A program made the position numbers and the translations under genes. A stretch of DNA of 64,000 bases from Isosphaeraceae bacterium. Its GTDB lineage: Bacteria; Planctomycetota; Planctomycetia; Isosphaerales; Isosphaeraceae. Positions 17,619-25,777 of this stretch are shown here, one piece after another (within the stretch, counting starts at the first letter, position 1; each line of letters starts with the position of its first letter). Below the pieces are notes generated by a model. That model searched no databases, was not told the origin of the DNA, and saw only the letters and a program-made list of their open reading frames with translations. Where the stretch lies: NCBI GenBank assembly GCA_052148775.1, contig JBKQHM010000804.1, positions 1,576 through 65,575 on the forward strand, written 5' to 3'.

Positions 17619-18744
17619 CCAGATGAAAGCCGTAGCCGTCCTGCCGGGCAAGCCGAACAGCGTCCACCTCCGCGAGATCCCGGTCCCGAAGCTGACGGAC
17701 CAGCCGCATCCGCACGTCTGCCGGGTGCCCGAGGGACGTGGCGTGCTGGTGAAGGTGCTCCAGATCGGCGTCGACGCCACCGACCGCGAGATCAACGAGG
17801 CACTCTACGGGAATGCTCCCCCGGGCGGCGAGCACCTTGTCATCGGCCACGAGAGCTTCGGGCAGGTGCTCGAGGTGGGGGACAAGGTGACCGAGGTCAA
17901 GCCCGGAGACTACGTCTCCTGCACGGTCCGTAGGCCGGGCGGGTCGCTCTTCGACCAGATCGGCCGGAACGATATCACGAGTGAAGAAGTCTACTACGAG
18001 CGCGGTATCAACCTCTGCCACGGATACTTGACCCAGACATTTGTCGACGACGCGGAATACATCGTGAAGGTGCCGCAGAACCTGAAGCATCTCGGCGTCC
18101 TGGCCGAGCCGGCGAGCGTCTGCGCCAAGGCGATCGAACAGGCGTTCCTGGCCCAGCAGCGGCTCCAGGTCTGGAACCCGAAGCGCGCGTTCGTCATGGG
18201 GGCGGGTCAGATCGGCCTGCTCGCGACGATGATGCTCAAACTGCGCGGCATGGAAGTCTACGCCCTGGCGACCAAGCCGGGTCCGCATCGCAAGTCCGAG
18301 ATCGTCGAGGCCTATGGGGCCACGTATGTGAGCACCAAGGAAACGCCGCTGGCGGACCTGGTGAAGCAGGTCGGCAAGCCCGACCTCATCTTCGAAGCGA
18401 CCGGCAACGCCGAGCTCTGCTTCCGATCGATGGAAGCGCTCGCCCACAACGGGGCCCTGATCTGGACGAGCATCACCGGCGGCAAGCACGAGATCACCAT
18501 CGACGCCGCGAAGATCAACATCGAATGGGTCCTCGGCAACAAGCTGCTCGTTGCCAGCGTCAACGGCAACCGCCGGCATTTCGAGCTGGGTCTCCAGGCC
18601 CTCTCGCACGGCGAGCTGACCTATCCCGGCGTCACCGAACGGATCCTCACGCACCCCGTCGCCGGCCTGGATCGCTACCAGGAGATGATGCGGCTGCTGG
18701 AGGAGAAGGAAGCCCTGAAGGTCTTCGTGAACGTGGCTTCTTAG
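17611..18744 (+). CDS. glucose (aldose) 1-dehydrogenase, archaeal-type medium-chain dehydrogenase, 377 aa
   Basis: MKAVAVLPG... (ATG at 17611, or in-frame ATG at 17623). GVDATDREI / VIGHES / AEP..V motifs and overall layout are like Thermoplasma/Sulfolobus/Haloferax GlcDH. Rossmann motif [10 protein letters not shown]. Confidence 0.75.
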   Translation: MTTQMKAVAVLPGKPNSVHLREIPVPKLTDQPHPHVCRVPEGRGVLVKVLQIGVDATDREINEALYGNAPPGGEHLVIGHESFGQVLEVGDKVTEVKPGDYVSCTVRRPGGSLFDQIGRNDITSEEVYYERGINLCHGYLTQTFVDDAEYIVKVPQNLKHLGVLAEPASVCAKAIEQAFLAQQRLQVWNPKRAFVMGAGQIGLLATMMLKLRGMEVYALATKPGPHRKSEIVEAYGATYVSTKETPLADLVKQVGKPDLIFEATGNAELCFRSMEALAHNGALIWTSITGGKHEITIDAAKINIEWVLGNKLLVASVNGNRRHFELGLQALSHGELTYPGVTERILTHPVAGLDRYQEMMRLLEEKEALKVFVNVAS

Positions 18745-18745
18745 C

Positions 18746-18830
18746 AGTAGGCAGTGGGCAGTAAGTAGTAGGCAGTAAGGAAATCAGCCTGATCGACCCG
18801 CCTGCGACTGCCTACTGCCTACTGCCTACT
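18746..18830. terminator. long imperfect hairpin built from TAGGCAG/CTGCCTA heptamers
   Basis: Left arm AGTAGGCAGTGGGCAGTAAGTAGT... pairs with right arm ACTGCCTACTGCCTACTGCCTACT (18807-18830). The stem is ~24 bp with 1 mismatch and 2 G-U pairs; the loop is ~37 nt. It starts 2 nt after the dehydrogenase stop and ends 22 nt before the next ATG. It is followed by GAGCGAGCG x2 (18832-18849). Confidence 0.6.
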
Positions 18831-18852
18831 AGAGCGAGCGGAGCGAGCGACA

Positions 18853-19941
18853 ATGAGCGGCTTATCGATTCGCAAGGATCAGTGCGACCTGGATTTCCTG
18901 GCCCTCGGGGCATTGATTCACCGGCTCGACCCGGGGATCATCCCGTTCCGCAAGGCGCGTTCATTCGACATCCACGTCTCCGGCGGCGAGTACAATGTCG
19001 CGGCGGGGCTCTCGGATTGCTTCGGACTGCGGACCGGCATCGCCACCGCGATGGTCAAGTACCCGATCGGCGAGCTGATCCAGGCGCGGGTCCGAGAGGC
19101 GGGCGTGACCCCGTTCTACAAGTGGTTCGACCATGACGGCGTGCGCGGGCCGAACATGGCGACGGTCTACAGCGACCGGGGCCAGGGGGTCCGCCCGCCG
19201 GTCGTCTTCTACAACCGGTCGAACGAGGCCGGAGCGCTGCTCAAGCCGGGCGATTTCGACTGGGCCGGGATCTTCGGCCGCGGCGTGCGCTGGTTCCACT
19301 CCGGCGGCATCTTCGCGTCGCTGTCCGAGACGACCGCCCCGCTGATCATCGAGGGCATGCAGGCCGCGAAGGCCGCCGGGGCGATCACCTCGTTCGACCT
19401 GAACTATCGGGCCAAGCTCTGGGCGTCCGTCGGCGGCGCGGCGAGGGGCCAGCAGGTCATCAAGACCATTGCCAGCAATCTCGACGCCTTGATCGGGAAT
19501 GAGGAAGACCTCCAGATGGGCCTCGGGATCGCCGGCCCGGACGTCGCCACCCACAAGTCGAAGCTCGATCCCGAGACCTTCTTCGAGCTGATCGAGCAGG
19601 TCATCAAGCAGCACCCGAACATCAAGCTGGTCGCGACGACCTTGCGCGAGGTGCATTCGACGAACCGGCACTCCTGGTCGGCCGTGTTGTGGCTCGACGG
19701 CCAGCGGTACACCATCCCGAAACCGCTCGAGCTCGACGTCATCGACCGTATCGGCGGCGGTGACGGCTTCGCCGCCGGGCTCATCTACGGCCTGATCTCG
19801 GGGCGATCGCCCGAGGAAGCCCTCCGCCTCGGCTGGGCCCACGGCGCGCTACTGACCACCTTCCCCGGCGACGTCACCATGGCCCGGCTCGAAGAGGTCG
19901 AGGCGCTGGCCAAGGGCGGCTCGGCACGCGTCCAGCGCTGA
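18853..19941 (+). CDS. kdgK: PfkB-family sugar kinase, 2-dehydro-3-deoxygluconokinase-like, 362 aa
   Basis: GGEYNVAAGL (N-terminal GG motif) and DRIGGGDGFAAGLIYGL (PfkB DxxGxGD signature). Length and context next to the dehydrogenase fit. Substrate assignment is inferred. Confidence 0.7.
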   Translation: MSGLSIRKDQCDLDFLALGALIHRLDPGIIPFRKARSFDIHVSGGEYNVAAGLSDCFGLRTGIATAMVKYPIGELIQARVREAGVTPFYKWFDHDGVRGPNMATVYSDRGQGVRPPVVFYNRSNEAGALLKPGDFDWAGIFGRGVRWFHSGGIFASLSETTAPLIIEGMQAAKAAGAITSFDLNYRAKLWASVGGAARGQQVIKTIASNLDALIGNEEDLQMGLGIAGPDVATHKSKLDPETFFELIEQVIKQHPNIKLVATTLREVHSTNRHSWSAVLWLDGQRYTIPKPLELDVIDRIGGGDGFAAGLIYGLISGRSPEEALRLGWAHGALLTTFPGDVTMARLEEVEALAKGGSARVQR

Positions 19942-19962
19942 GATAGCACGGAGAAACGATCG

Positions 19963-21108
19963 ATGCTAATCGCCGAAGGATGTGCCGCGCGTCGGAAACG
20001 ACTCTGGGAGGCGTTGCCGGCGACGTGCGACCTCCTGGTCCTGGGCGACCCGTCGCACCTGATCTACTTCGCCGGCTACGTGCCGTCGCCGTTCGTGTTC
20101 CGGACGGTCGAGTCGGGGGCCCTGCTCCTGCTCGAGCCCGGTCGATCCACGCTCGTCGCCGATGACATGGTCAAAGGCTTCCTGGAGAAGGCGTTCGTCG
20201 ATGAACGGGTCGCCCCCGCCTGGTACGACGGACGGCACTCGGCCCCCTATCGACAGGGCCAGCTCATTGACTCGGCGCTGGGCCGTCTGTCGAAGATGCC
20301 CGGACGACGGGTGGGTATCGAGATGGCGGGCGTCCCGTCGGGCATGGTCGAGGGCCTCCGCGCAGCGCGGCCGGGCCTCGAGCTCGTCGACATCGGCCCG
20401 CTGATCCGGCCGCTGAGGCGGTCGAAAGATCCGGACGAGGTCGAGACCCTCCGGCGCTCGATGCGTGCCGGCGAGGCCGCCCAGGCCGCGGCGCTGGCCG
20501 AGGTGCGACCGGGCATGAGCGAGCTCGACGCCTGCCTGATCGTCCATCGGGCGGCGGCGGATGCCGCGGGCGAGCCGGTGATCGTCTATGGCGACTTCGC
20601 CTCCGGGCCGCGTTGTTATCGCGACAAGGGCGGCCCGGCGACGGCTCGCGAGATCGAGCCGAGCGACCTGCTCCTCCTCGACTTCTCGGTGGTCGTCTCG
20701 GGCTACCGGGGAGACTTCACCAACACGTTCGCCGTCGGCGGCGCCCCGACCGCCCGTCAGCGCGAAATGTTCGAAGCCTGCCTCGACGCCCTGCGCGCGG
20801 GCGAGTCCCGATTGAAGCCCGGCACGGCCGGGCGCGACGTCGATGCGGCGGTCCGCGGCCATTTCGCGACGCTGGGGCTCGACCACGCGTTCACGTCCCA
20901 CTCGGGACACGGACTGGGACTCGGCCACCCTGAACTCCCTTATTTCGTCCCCGAGAGCACCGATACGCTCGTCGAAGGCGACGTCGTCGCCCTCGAGCCG
21001 GGCCTCTATATCGAGGGCGTCGGCGGCATGCGGTACGAGCGGAATTATCTCATCACGTCCGACGGATTCGAGACCCTGTCGAATCACGAGCTCCGGATCG
21101 AGCAATGA
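19963..21108 (+). CDS. M24 family metallopeptidase (Xaa-Pro peptidase/creatinase-like), 381 aa
   Basis: Creatinase-like N-terminal domain plus pita-bread fold ligand pattern: DFSVVVSGYRGDFTNTF, HSGHGLGLGHPE, ALEPGLY, MRYERNYLIT. Confidence 0.85.
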   Translation: MLIAEGCAARRKRLWEALPATCDLLVLGDPSHLIYFAGYVPSPFVFRTVESGALLLLEPGRSTLVADDMVKGFLEKAFVDERVAPAWYDGRHSAPYRQGQLIDSALGRLSKMPGRRVGIEMAGVPSGMVEGLRAARPGLELVDIGPLIRPLRRSKDPDEVETLRRSMRAGEAAQAAALAEVRPGMSELDACLIVHRAAADAAGEPVIVYGDFASGPRCYRDKGGPATAREIEPSDLLLLDFSVVVSGYRGDFTNTFAVGGAPTARQREMFEACLDALRAGESRLKPGTAGRDVDAAVRGHFATLGLDHAFTSHSGHGLGLGHPELPYFVPESTDTLVEGDVVALEPGLYIEGVGGMRYERNYLITSDGFETLSNHELRIEQ

Positions 21109-21165
21109 CCGCGACCGCTCGCCGGGGCCCCCTTCGATCGCGACCGGCCCGAACCATCCGATCGG

Positions 21166-22752
21166 TCAGGCGCTCTCGGTCGGCACGGGGCGGGACGGGA
21201 TGACCGGACTCGTCGGCTGTTCGACGACGAGCGTCGTGGCTGGCTCGGGGAGCTTGCCAGGTCGGAACTCAGCCGTGCCGAAGAGCCAGCGAGCCAGGAC
21301 GCCGGACCTGAGCCCCGGTCGGAGTAGCCGGGCGGGTCGATCCAGGACCTTGAGGATCTCCTGGGCGGCCAGGTAGCCGCTCCGCACGGCCCCTTCCATC
21401 GTCGCCGGCCAGCCGGTATCGGTCCAGTCGCCGGCCAGGAAGAGGCCGTCGATCGGCGTCCGTTGCAGAGGCCGCAGCACCTCGATCCCCGGCCGGACCG
21501 CGAACGTCGCCCCATGCTCGGTCACCACCCACCACCGCAGCAGCTTCGCCGATCCCACCGCGGGCCAGATCTCGGCCAGCTCCGCCAGCACCGCGTCCCG
21601 GATCGCTACCTTGTCGAGCGCCAGCAGGTCGTACGAGGCGCTGATGACCAGTTGTAGATACTGCCCCTCGCCGGGTGGCGTCCCCTTGGCCTGCGCGGTC
21701 CGGCCCTGGATCGCGGTGTGGTTGAAGACCCAATGGATCAGCCGGCCCGGGGTCACGACGTGGTCGAACGGGCAGACCGGCCGGTCAAACCAGAGGTGGA
21801 CACCCGTTATTGGTGATGCTTGCATCGCGCCGAGGTTCGCCAGCGCGGGGATCCGATCGCTCAACACGTCGGGCAAGAGGCCCCGGACTCGATCGAACGG
21901 GACCGTCAGGACGACGAAGTCGGCGGCGATCGACTCGCCCGAACGGAGGACGACTCCGGCGATCGCGCCGTCGTCGTCCGGCTCGACGGCGCGGACCCCG
22001 GTCGTGAGCCGGACCGAGACGCCATGATCCCGCAGCCATCCGTCCAGCCGCGTGCCGTAGAGCTCGCCCAGTGGGACCAGAGGCAGCTCCAACTGGAACC
22101 CCGTCCGGTTACGGAGGAATCCATCGAGGAAGACCTTGCGGGCATGGCCGACGTCCATCTGGTCGAGCCGTTCGTTCAGGGCCGAGATCAGGACGGCGCC
22201 CCAGAACAAGTTGATCGCGCGGAGGCCCTGGCCATGTCGCAGCAGCCAGTCGGCGAACGACTCGCCGGGCCGATCGTCGCGGCACCAGGCCAGGCAAGCC
22301 AGGCCGTAGGCGATCTGCATCTTATCGCGGAATCCCAGGAACCGTGCCGACAGGAAGCTGACGGTCAGGTGGAACGGGGCCGGGCCAAGTCCCGTCCGGA
22401 ACCTCGAGATCGTGCCTTCGGGGCCGAGAAATACCAGCCCCGGCTCGCGACGGAGCATTGCGCCGATCCCCACTCGCCGGCAGAAGTCCGCCAGGTTCGT
22501 GCAGCAGGCCATGCTGACGTGCTGGCAGTTATCGACTAGCTCGCCGGTGACCGGATCGGGGAACGAGCTGGCCCGGCCGCCCAGCCGCGGCCGGCTCTCC
22601 AGGATGGTGATCCGCAGCCCGCGATCGACCAGTACCGAGGCGACCGCCAGGCCCGCCAGGCCGCCGCCGACGATCACCACATGAGGGGGAGGAGGCTTGG
22701 GAATTGGGGGCATTTTCGTGGGGCAAGGCGTGATCGACTCCTCCGCGGTCAT
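21166..22752 (-). CDS. hpnE: hydroxysqualene dehydroxylase (FAD-dependent amine-oxidase fold), up to 528 aa
   Basis: VVIVGGGLAGLAVASVLVDRGLRITILESRPRLGGR (FAD dinucleotide fold). Phytoene-desaturase-like length. Lies downstream of hpnC/hpnD. The ATG at 22752 directly abuts the vapC stop (TGAATG); an alternative ATG is at 22713. Confidence 0.8.
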   Translation of the reverse strand: MTAEESITPCPTKMPPIPKPPPPHVVIVGGGLAGLAVASVLVDRGLRITILESRPRLGGRASSFPDPVTGELVDNCQHVSMACCTNLADFCRRVGIGAMLRREPGLVFLGPEGTISRFRTGLGPAPFHLTVSFLSARFLGFRDKMQIAYGLACLAWCRDDRPGESFADWLLRHGQGLRAINLFWGAVLISALNERLDQMDVGHARKVFLDGFLRNRTGFQLELPLVPLGELYGTRLDGWLRDHGVSVRLTTGVRAVEPDDDGAIAGVVLRSGESIAADFVVLTVPFDRVRGLLPDVLSDRIPALANLGAMQASPITGVHLWFDRPVCPFDHVVTPGRLIHWVFNHTAIQGRTAQAKGTPPGEGQYLQLVISASYDLLALDKVAIRDAVLAELAEIWPAVGSAKLLRWWVVTEHGATFAVRPGIEVLRPLQRTPIDGLFLAGDWTDTGWPATMEGAVRSGYLAAQEILKVLDRPARLLRPGLRSGVLARWLFGTAEFRPGKLPEPATTLVVEQPTSPVIPSRPVPTESA

Positions 22753-23178
22753 TCAGATGGTCCAGTCTTCGGCCTTCAACCCGGGAACCTTCCGGAAATC
22801 GACGAGGTTCCGCGTGATCAGCGTCGCGTCCTTTACGAGCACGATGGCGGCAATTTTCAGGTCCATGGTTCCGATTCGAATCTTCAAGAGTCTGAGTCTC
22901 TGGAGTTCCGCGGATGCCTCTTCAACGAAGTCGAGGACGTTGATCGTGCGGTAGTTCTCGATGTGCTGCCTGAGCTTGGCGTAGGCCTTGATCTCCTGGG
23001 AAGCGCTACTGGCACGGGCTCTATACGCCATCCATCCCAGGGTCTGCTATTCGTAAGTGACGATCGTTGTCGCGATCTCCGCACGATCTAATTCACTCAG
23101 ACGAGTTTCGAGTTTCGCCTTCAGCTTCGACTCGCCCAATTGCAAGATGCTGAGGGAATCTGTATCAAGGACGACCAT
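22753..23178 (-). pseudogene. vapC: PIN-domain VapC-type toxin interrupted by an in-frame TAG
   Basis: Minus-strand translation from ATG 23178: MVVLDTDSLSILQLGESKLKAKLETRLSELDRAEIATTIVTYE*QTLGWMAYRA...IRIGTMDLKIAAIVLVKDATLITRNLVDFRKVPGLKAEDWTI. TAG at 23047-23049 is codon 44, in the same frame as the 92-aa track ORF. GC is lower than in the flanks. Confidence 0.8.
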
Positions 23179-23230
23179 CCGACGACTTTACCTTCTGGAA
23201 GGGCGACCATCCGACGACTTTACCTTCTGG
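23172..23230. repeat. perfect 27-bp direct repeat (period 32 bp) at the antitoxin/toxin junction
   Basis: CGACCATCCGACGACTTTACCTTCTGG at 23172-23198 and again at 23204-23230. The repeat contains the vapC ATG region (reverse complement ...GGATGGTCG). Confidence 0.95.
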
Positions 23231-23589
23231 GATGTCTTCTTGGGGGATTTCTTCTTGGAGGATCGCTCCTTGGGACGGAACGAGTCTCGCCACTCGCGAC
23301 CAAGGCGCATGGCCTCTTCGAAGGCCTCGGGATCGTCTGCGAAGCTCCCGCTGATCTTACGCCACCAGGGCACTTGTGGCCCACGAATCTCTTCCAGCTC
23401 TGATTTCAGTCGGGCGACCTGCTCCTCCAAGGAGAGTACGTACTGCTCCAACTGGGCTTTGGTCATTCTCGGGCGGCGAGCGGGTTCGGGAGTGTTGACC
23501 ATATCGCCGCGAGACTCTTTCGGTACCGGCTCGGTGACGGATGCCCCATTGGCGGTCGGCGCCGGGCGTTGTGGCTTCTTGGTGGCCAT
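23188..23589 (-). CDS. putative antitoxin partner of the PIN toxin, up to 133 aa
   Basis: Lies immediately upstream of vapC on the same strand. Coiled-coil segment MTKAQLEQYVLSLEEQVARLKSELEE, then ISGSFADDPEAFEEAMRLGREWRDSFRP. I recall that motif from small proteins encoded upstream of PIN genes in cyanobacteria and planctomycetes. Lys/Ser-rich tail. The true start may be the internal ATG at 23466. Confidence 0.6.
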   Translation of the reverse strand: MATKKPQRPAPTANGASVTEPVPKESRGDMVNTPEPARRPRMTKAQLEQYVLSLEEQVARLKSELEEIRGPQVPWWRKISGSFADDPEAFEEAMRLGREWRDSFRPKERSSKKKSPKKTSQKVKSSDGRPSRR

Positions 23590-23625
23590 GATTCTGGTCC
23601 CTTCCGCGGGGAAGAACGGTCCGCT

Positions 23626-24534
23626 TCATGATGGTCGTGGTTCGCCTTCCATTCTACCCATCAACGCGTTCAGCGCGATGGCCAGCTTGCGCCAGGTTGG
23701 AAGCGAGACCCGGTCATCGAGGACGTTGTAATCCCGCCGCGCGATCTCGTCGAGCAAGGCGCGGTAGATGCCGACGATGGTGCGGAGCACCGGGCGGCCC
23801 ACCGGGTCCACGAGCGGGACGAGCGGTCGGGCGTCCTCGTAGTATTCGTACGCGCGACGGCCTTCGAAGGCCAGCAATTCGCGGACGCGGTCGCTGGGCC
23901 GGCCGCCGGCCGCCAGGTCTTCCGGGGCGACGCCGAACCGGGCCATGTCCTCGCGGGGCAGGTAGATCCGCCCGCCGCGGGCGTCGTCGCGGACGTCGCG
24001 GAGGATGTTGGTCAATTGCAGCGCGATGCCGCAGTGCTCGGCGAGGCGCTCGGCCTTGCCGCCGCCCGAGCGATAGCCCCAGATGTGCAGGCAGCTCAGG
24101 CCGACCACCGAGGCGACGTGATAACAATAATCGGCCAGTTCGTCGAAGGTCGAGAAGCCGCGGGGCTGGATGTCCATCGAGACCCCCTCGATGACCTCGT
24201 GGAGCAGCTTCGCGGGGATGCTGTGCCGCGCCACGGTGTCGGCCAGGGCCGGAAGCCCCGGCCAGGCGGGGAGGTCGCCGTTGCCGCTGGCGTTTCCGCT
24301 CAGCGCCGCGTCGAGCGCCCGGCGCCAGTCGTCGAGCGCCCGGGCCTTCTCCTTGGCCGGGCCGGGCCCGTCGGCCAGGTCGTCGGTATGCCGCATGAAC
24401 GCGTACAGGGCGCACATCGACAGCCGCCGCGATCGGGGCAGCAGCAGGAACGCATAATAGAAGTTCCGTGCCTCGCGGCGGGCCAGCGCGCAGCAGAAAC
24501 GATAACTCTCGCGGTGCACCCGGTACTTATTCAC
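23626..24534 (-). CDS. hpnD: presqualene diphosphate synthase (squalene/phytoene synthase family), 302 aa
   Basis: GTG start at 24534 overlaps the hpnC stop (GTGA). ARNFYYAFLLLP...ALYAFMRHTDDLAD (first DxxxD-type motif) and NILRDVRDD (second Asp-rich motif). Second gene of the hpnCDE order. Confidence 0.85.
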   Translation of the reverse strand: MNKYRVHRESYRFCCALARREARNFYYAFLLLPRSRRLSMCALYAFMRHTDDLADGPGPAKEKARALDDWRRALDAALSGNASGNGDLPAWPGLPALADTVARHSIPAKLLHEVIEGVSMDIQPRGFSTFDELADYCYHVASVVGLSCLHIWGYRSGGGKAERLAEHCGIALQLTNILRDVRDDARGGRIYLPREDMARFGVAPEDLAAGGRPSDRVRELLAFEGRRAYEYYEDARPLVPLVDPVGRPVLRTIVGIYRALLDEIARRDYNVLDDRVSLPTWRKLAIALNALMGRMEGEPRPS

Positions 24535-25535
24535 GGCGCGCCCTCCGAGCGAAGGGGCGTGGGCGGCTCGGCCGGTGCTCGACGAGCACCGTCGAGGGCC
24601 GGGGGTTCAGGGGAGCCGCTCCGCAATCGAGCGATGGTCATCGCCACGACAGCCCGGCCCAGAAGCCGGACCTTGGTCCATCGGCTCAGGGCCGGCCGGG
24701 CGCTCAGCACGTCGAACTTACGGGCCGCGATCCGGTCGAGGATGGCCAGGCCGCCCCGCGAGAACAGGTCGATGTCGACGGCGAACGCCCGGGGTACCCG
24801 GGGCACTAGGGCCCGACCGACGGCGAACAGGCTCCGGGTCCGCTCGACCTGGAATCGCATCAGCTCGGCGAACGCCGGCGTGAACCGCAGCGCCCGCAGG
24901 TCGGACTCCGGATAGCCGAATCGGTCCCGATCCTCGCGCGGCAAGTAGATCCGCCCGATGGCGAGGTCGCGCGCCACGTCCTGCCAGAAGTTGGCCAGTT
25001 GGAGCGCCGTGCAGGTGGCGTCCGAGAGCCCGGTATTCTCCGGGCTGAAGGCGCCGGCGACGTACAGGACCAGGCGGCCGACCGGGTTCGCCGACCGCGT
25101 GCAATAATCCAGCAATTGCTCGTAGGTCGCGTATTCGGCCACCGTCTGATCCTGTTCGAAGGCCGAGATCAGCGCCTCGAACGGCCCGATCGGGATGTCG
25201 TACCGCGCGACCGTCTCGGCCAGCGCGATCATCACCGGGTGTCGGGCGTGGCCCTGATACATCGCCCGCAGCTCGCCGCGCCACCAGTCGAGCAGCTCGA
25301 GCGAGCGATGCGCATCGCCGACCTCGTCGCCCAGGTCGTCGGACCATCGGCAGAAGGCGTAGATGCTCTGGAACGCGGGCCGGTGTTCGCGCGGAGTGAG
25401 CCGAGTCACCACGCTGAAATTCTCGTAGTGGGTCGCGGTCAACCGCGCGCAGTAGAGCTTCGCCTCGTCCCGCGAGAGGCGAGCCGAGGATTCCGGTCCG
25501 TAACGGCGCAATTCGTCCGCAAAGGCCATGCTCAT
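24531..25535 (-). CDS. hpnC: hydroxysqualene synthase (squalene/phytoene synthase family), 334 aa
   Basis: ATG at 25535. LTATHYENFSVVTRL...IYAFCRWSDDLGDE and NFWQDVARD motifs. The HYENF(P/S)V N-terminal signature is typical of HpnC as I recall it. Confidence 0.85.
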   Translation of the reverse strand: MSMAFADELRRYGPESSARLSRDEAKLYCARLTATHYENFSVVTRLTPREHRPAFQSIYAFCRWSDDLGDEVGDAHRSLELLDWWRGELRAMYQGHARHPVMIALAETVARYDIPIGPFEALISAFEQDQTVAEYATYEQLLDYCTRSANPVGRLVLYVAGAFSPENTGLSDATCTALQLANFWQDVARDLAIGRIYLPREDRDRFGYPESDLRALRFTPAFAELMRFQVERTRSLFAVGRALVPRVPRAFAVDIDLFSRGGLAILDRIAARKFDVLSARPALSRWTKVRLLGRAVVAMTIARLRSGSPEPPALDGARRAPAEPPTPLRSEGAP

Positions 25536-25777
25536 CAGCCAAGCGTGGATTCGTTCGAGGCATCGCTTCGTGGTGGAAGGCCAGTGATTCTACCGGCGCC
25601 CGCGACGCGACGCCAGCGGGTCAGAGTCGATGATTGACGGGCCGCGCCGGCGCCGGCACAATCGACCGGCGGCGAATCTCATTCGATTGTTTGACCCAAA
25701 TGACAGTCCCCGCGCGCCGGCCGCCTCGAACCTCGCCGACGGCCGGCCTCCGGGCCAGGGAGTAAGGAACTCACCCC

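Noticed and set aside
17581-21105. Nearly full-length antisense ORFs opposite the dehydrogenase (357 aa), kinase (293 aa) and M24 peptidase (379 aa)
   Set aside because: The sense frames carry family signatures (Rossmann, PfkB, pita-bread ligands). The antisense products are low-complexity Arg/Asp/Gly/Leu-rich.
23057-24915. Plus-strand ORFs (224, 188 and 299 aa) opposite the TA module and hpnD/hpnC
   Set aside because: No motifs and extreme Arg/Pro/Gly content. The minus strand encodes recognisable PIN and squalene-synthase-family proteins.
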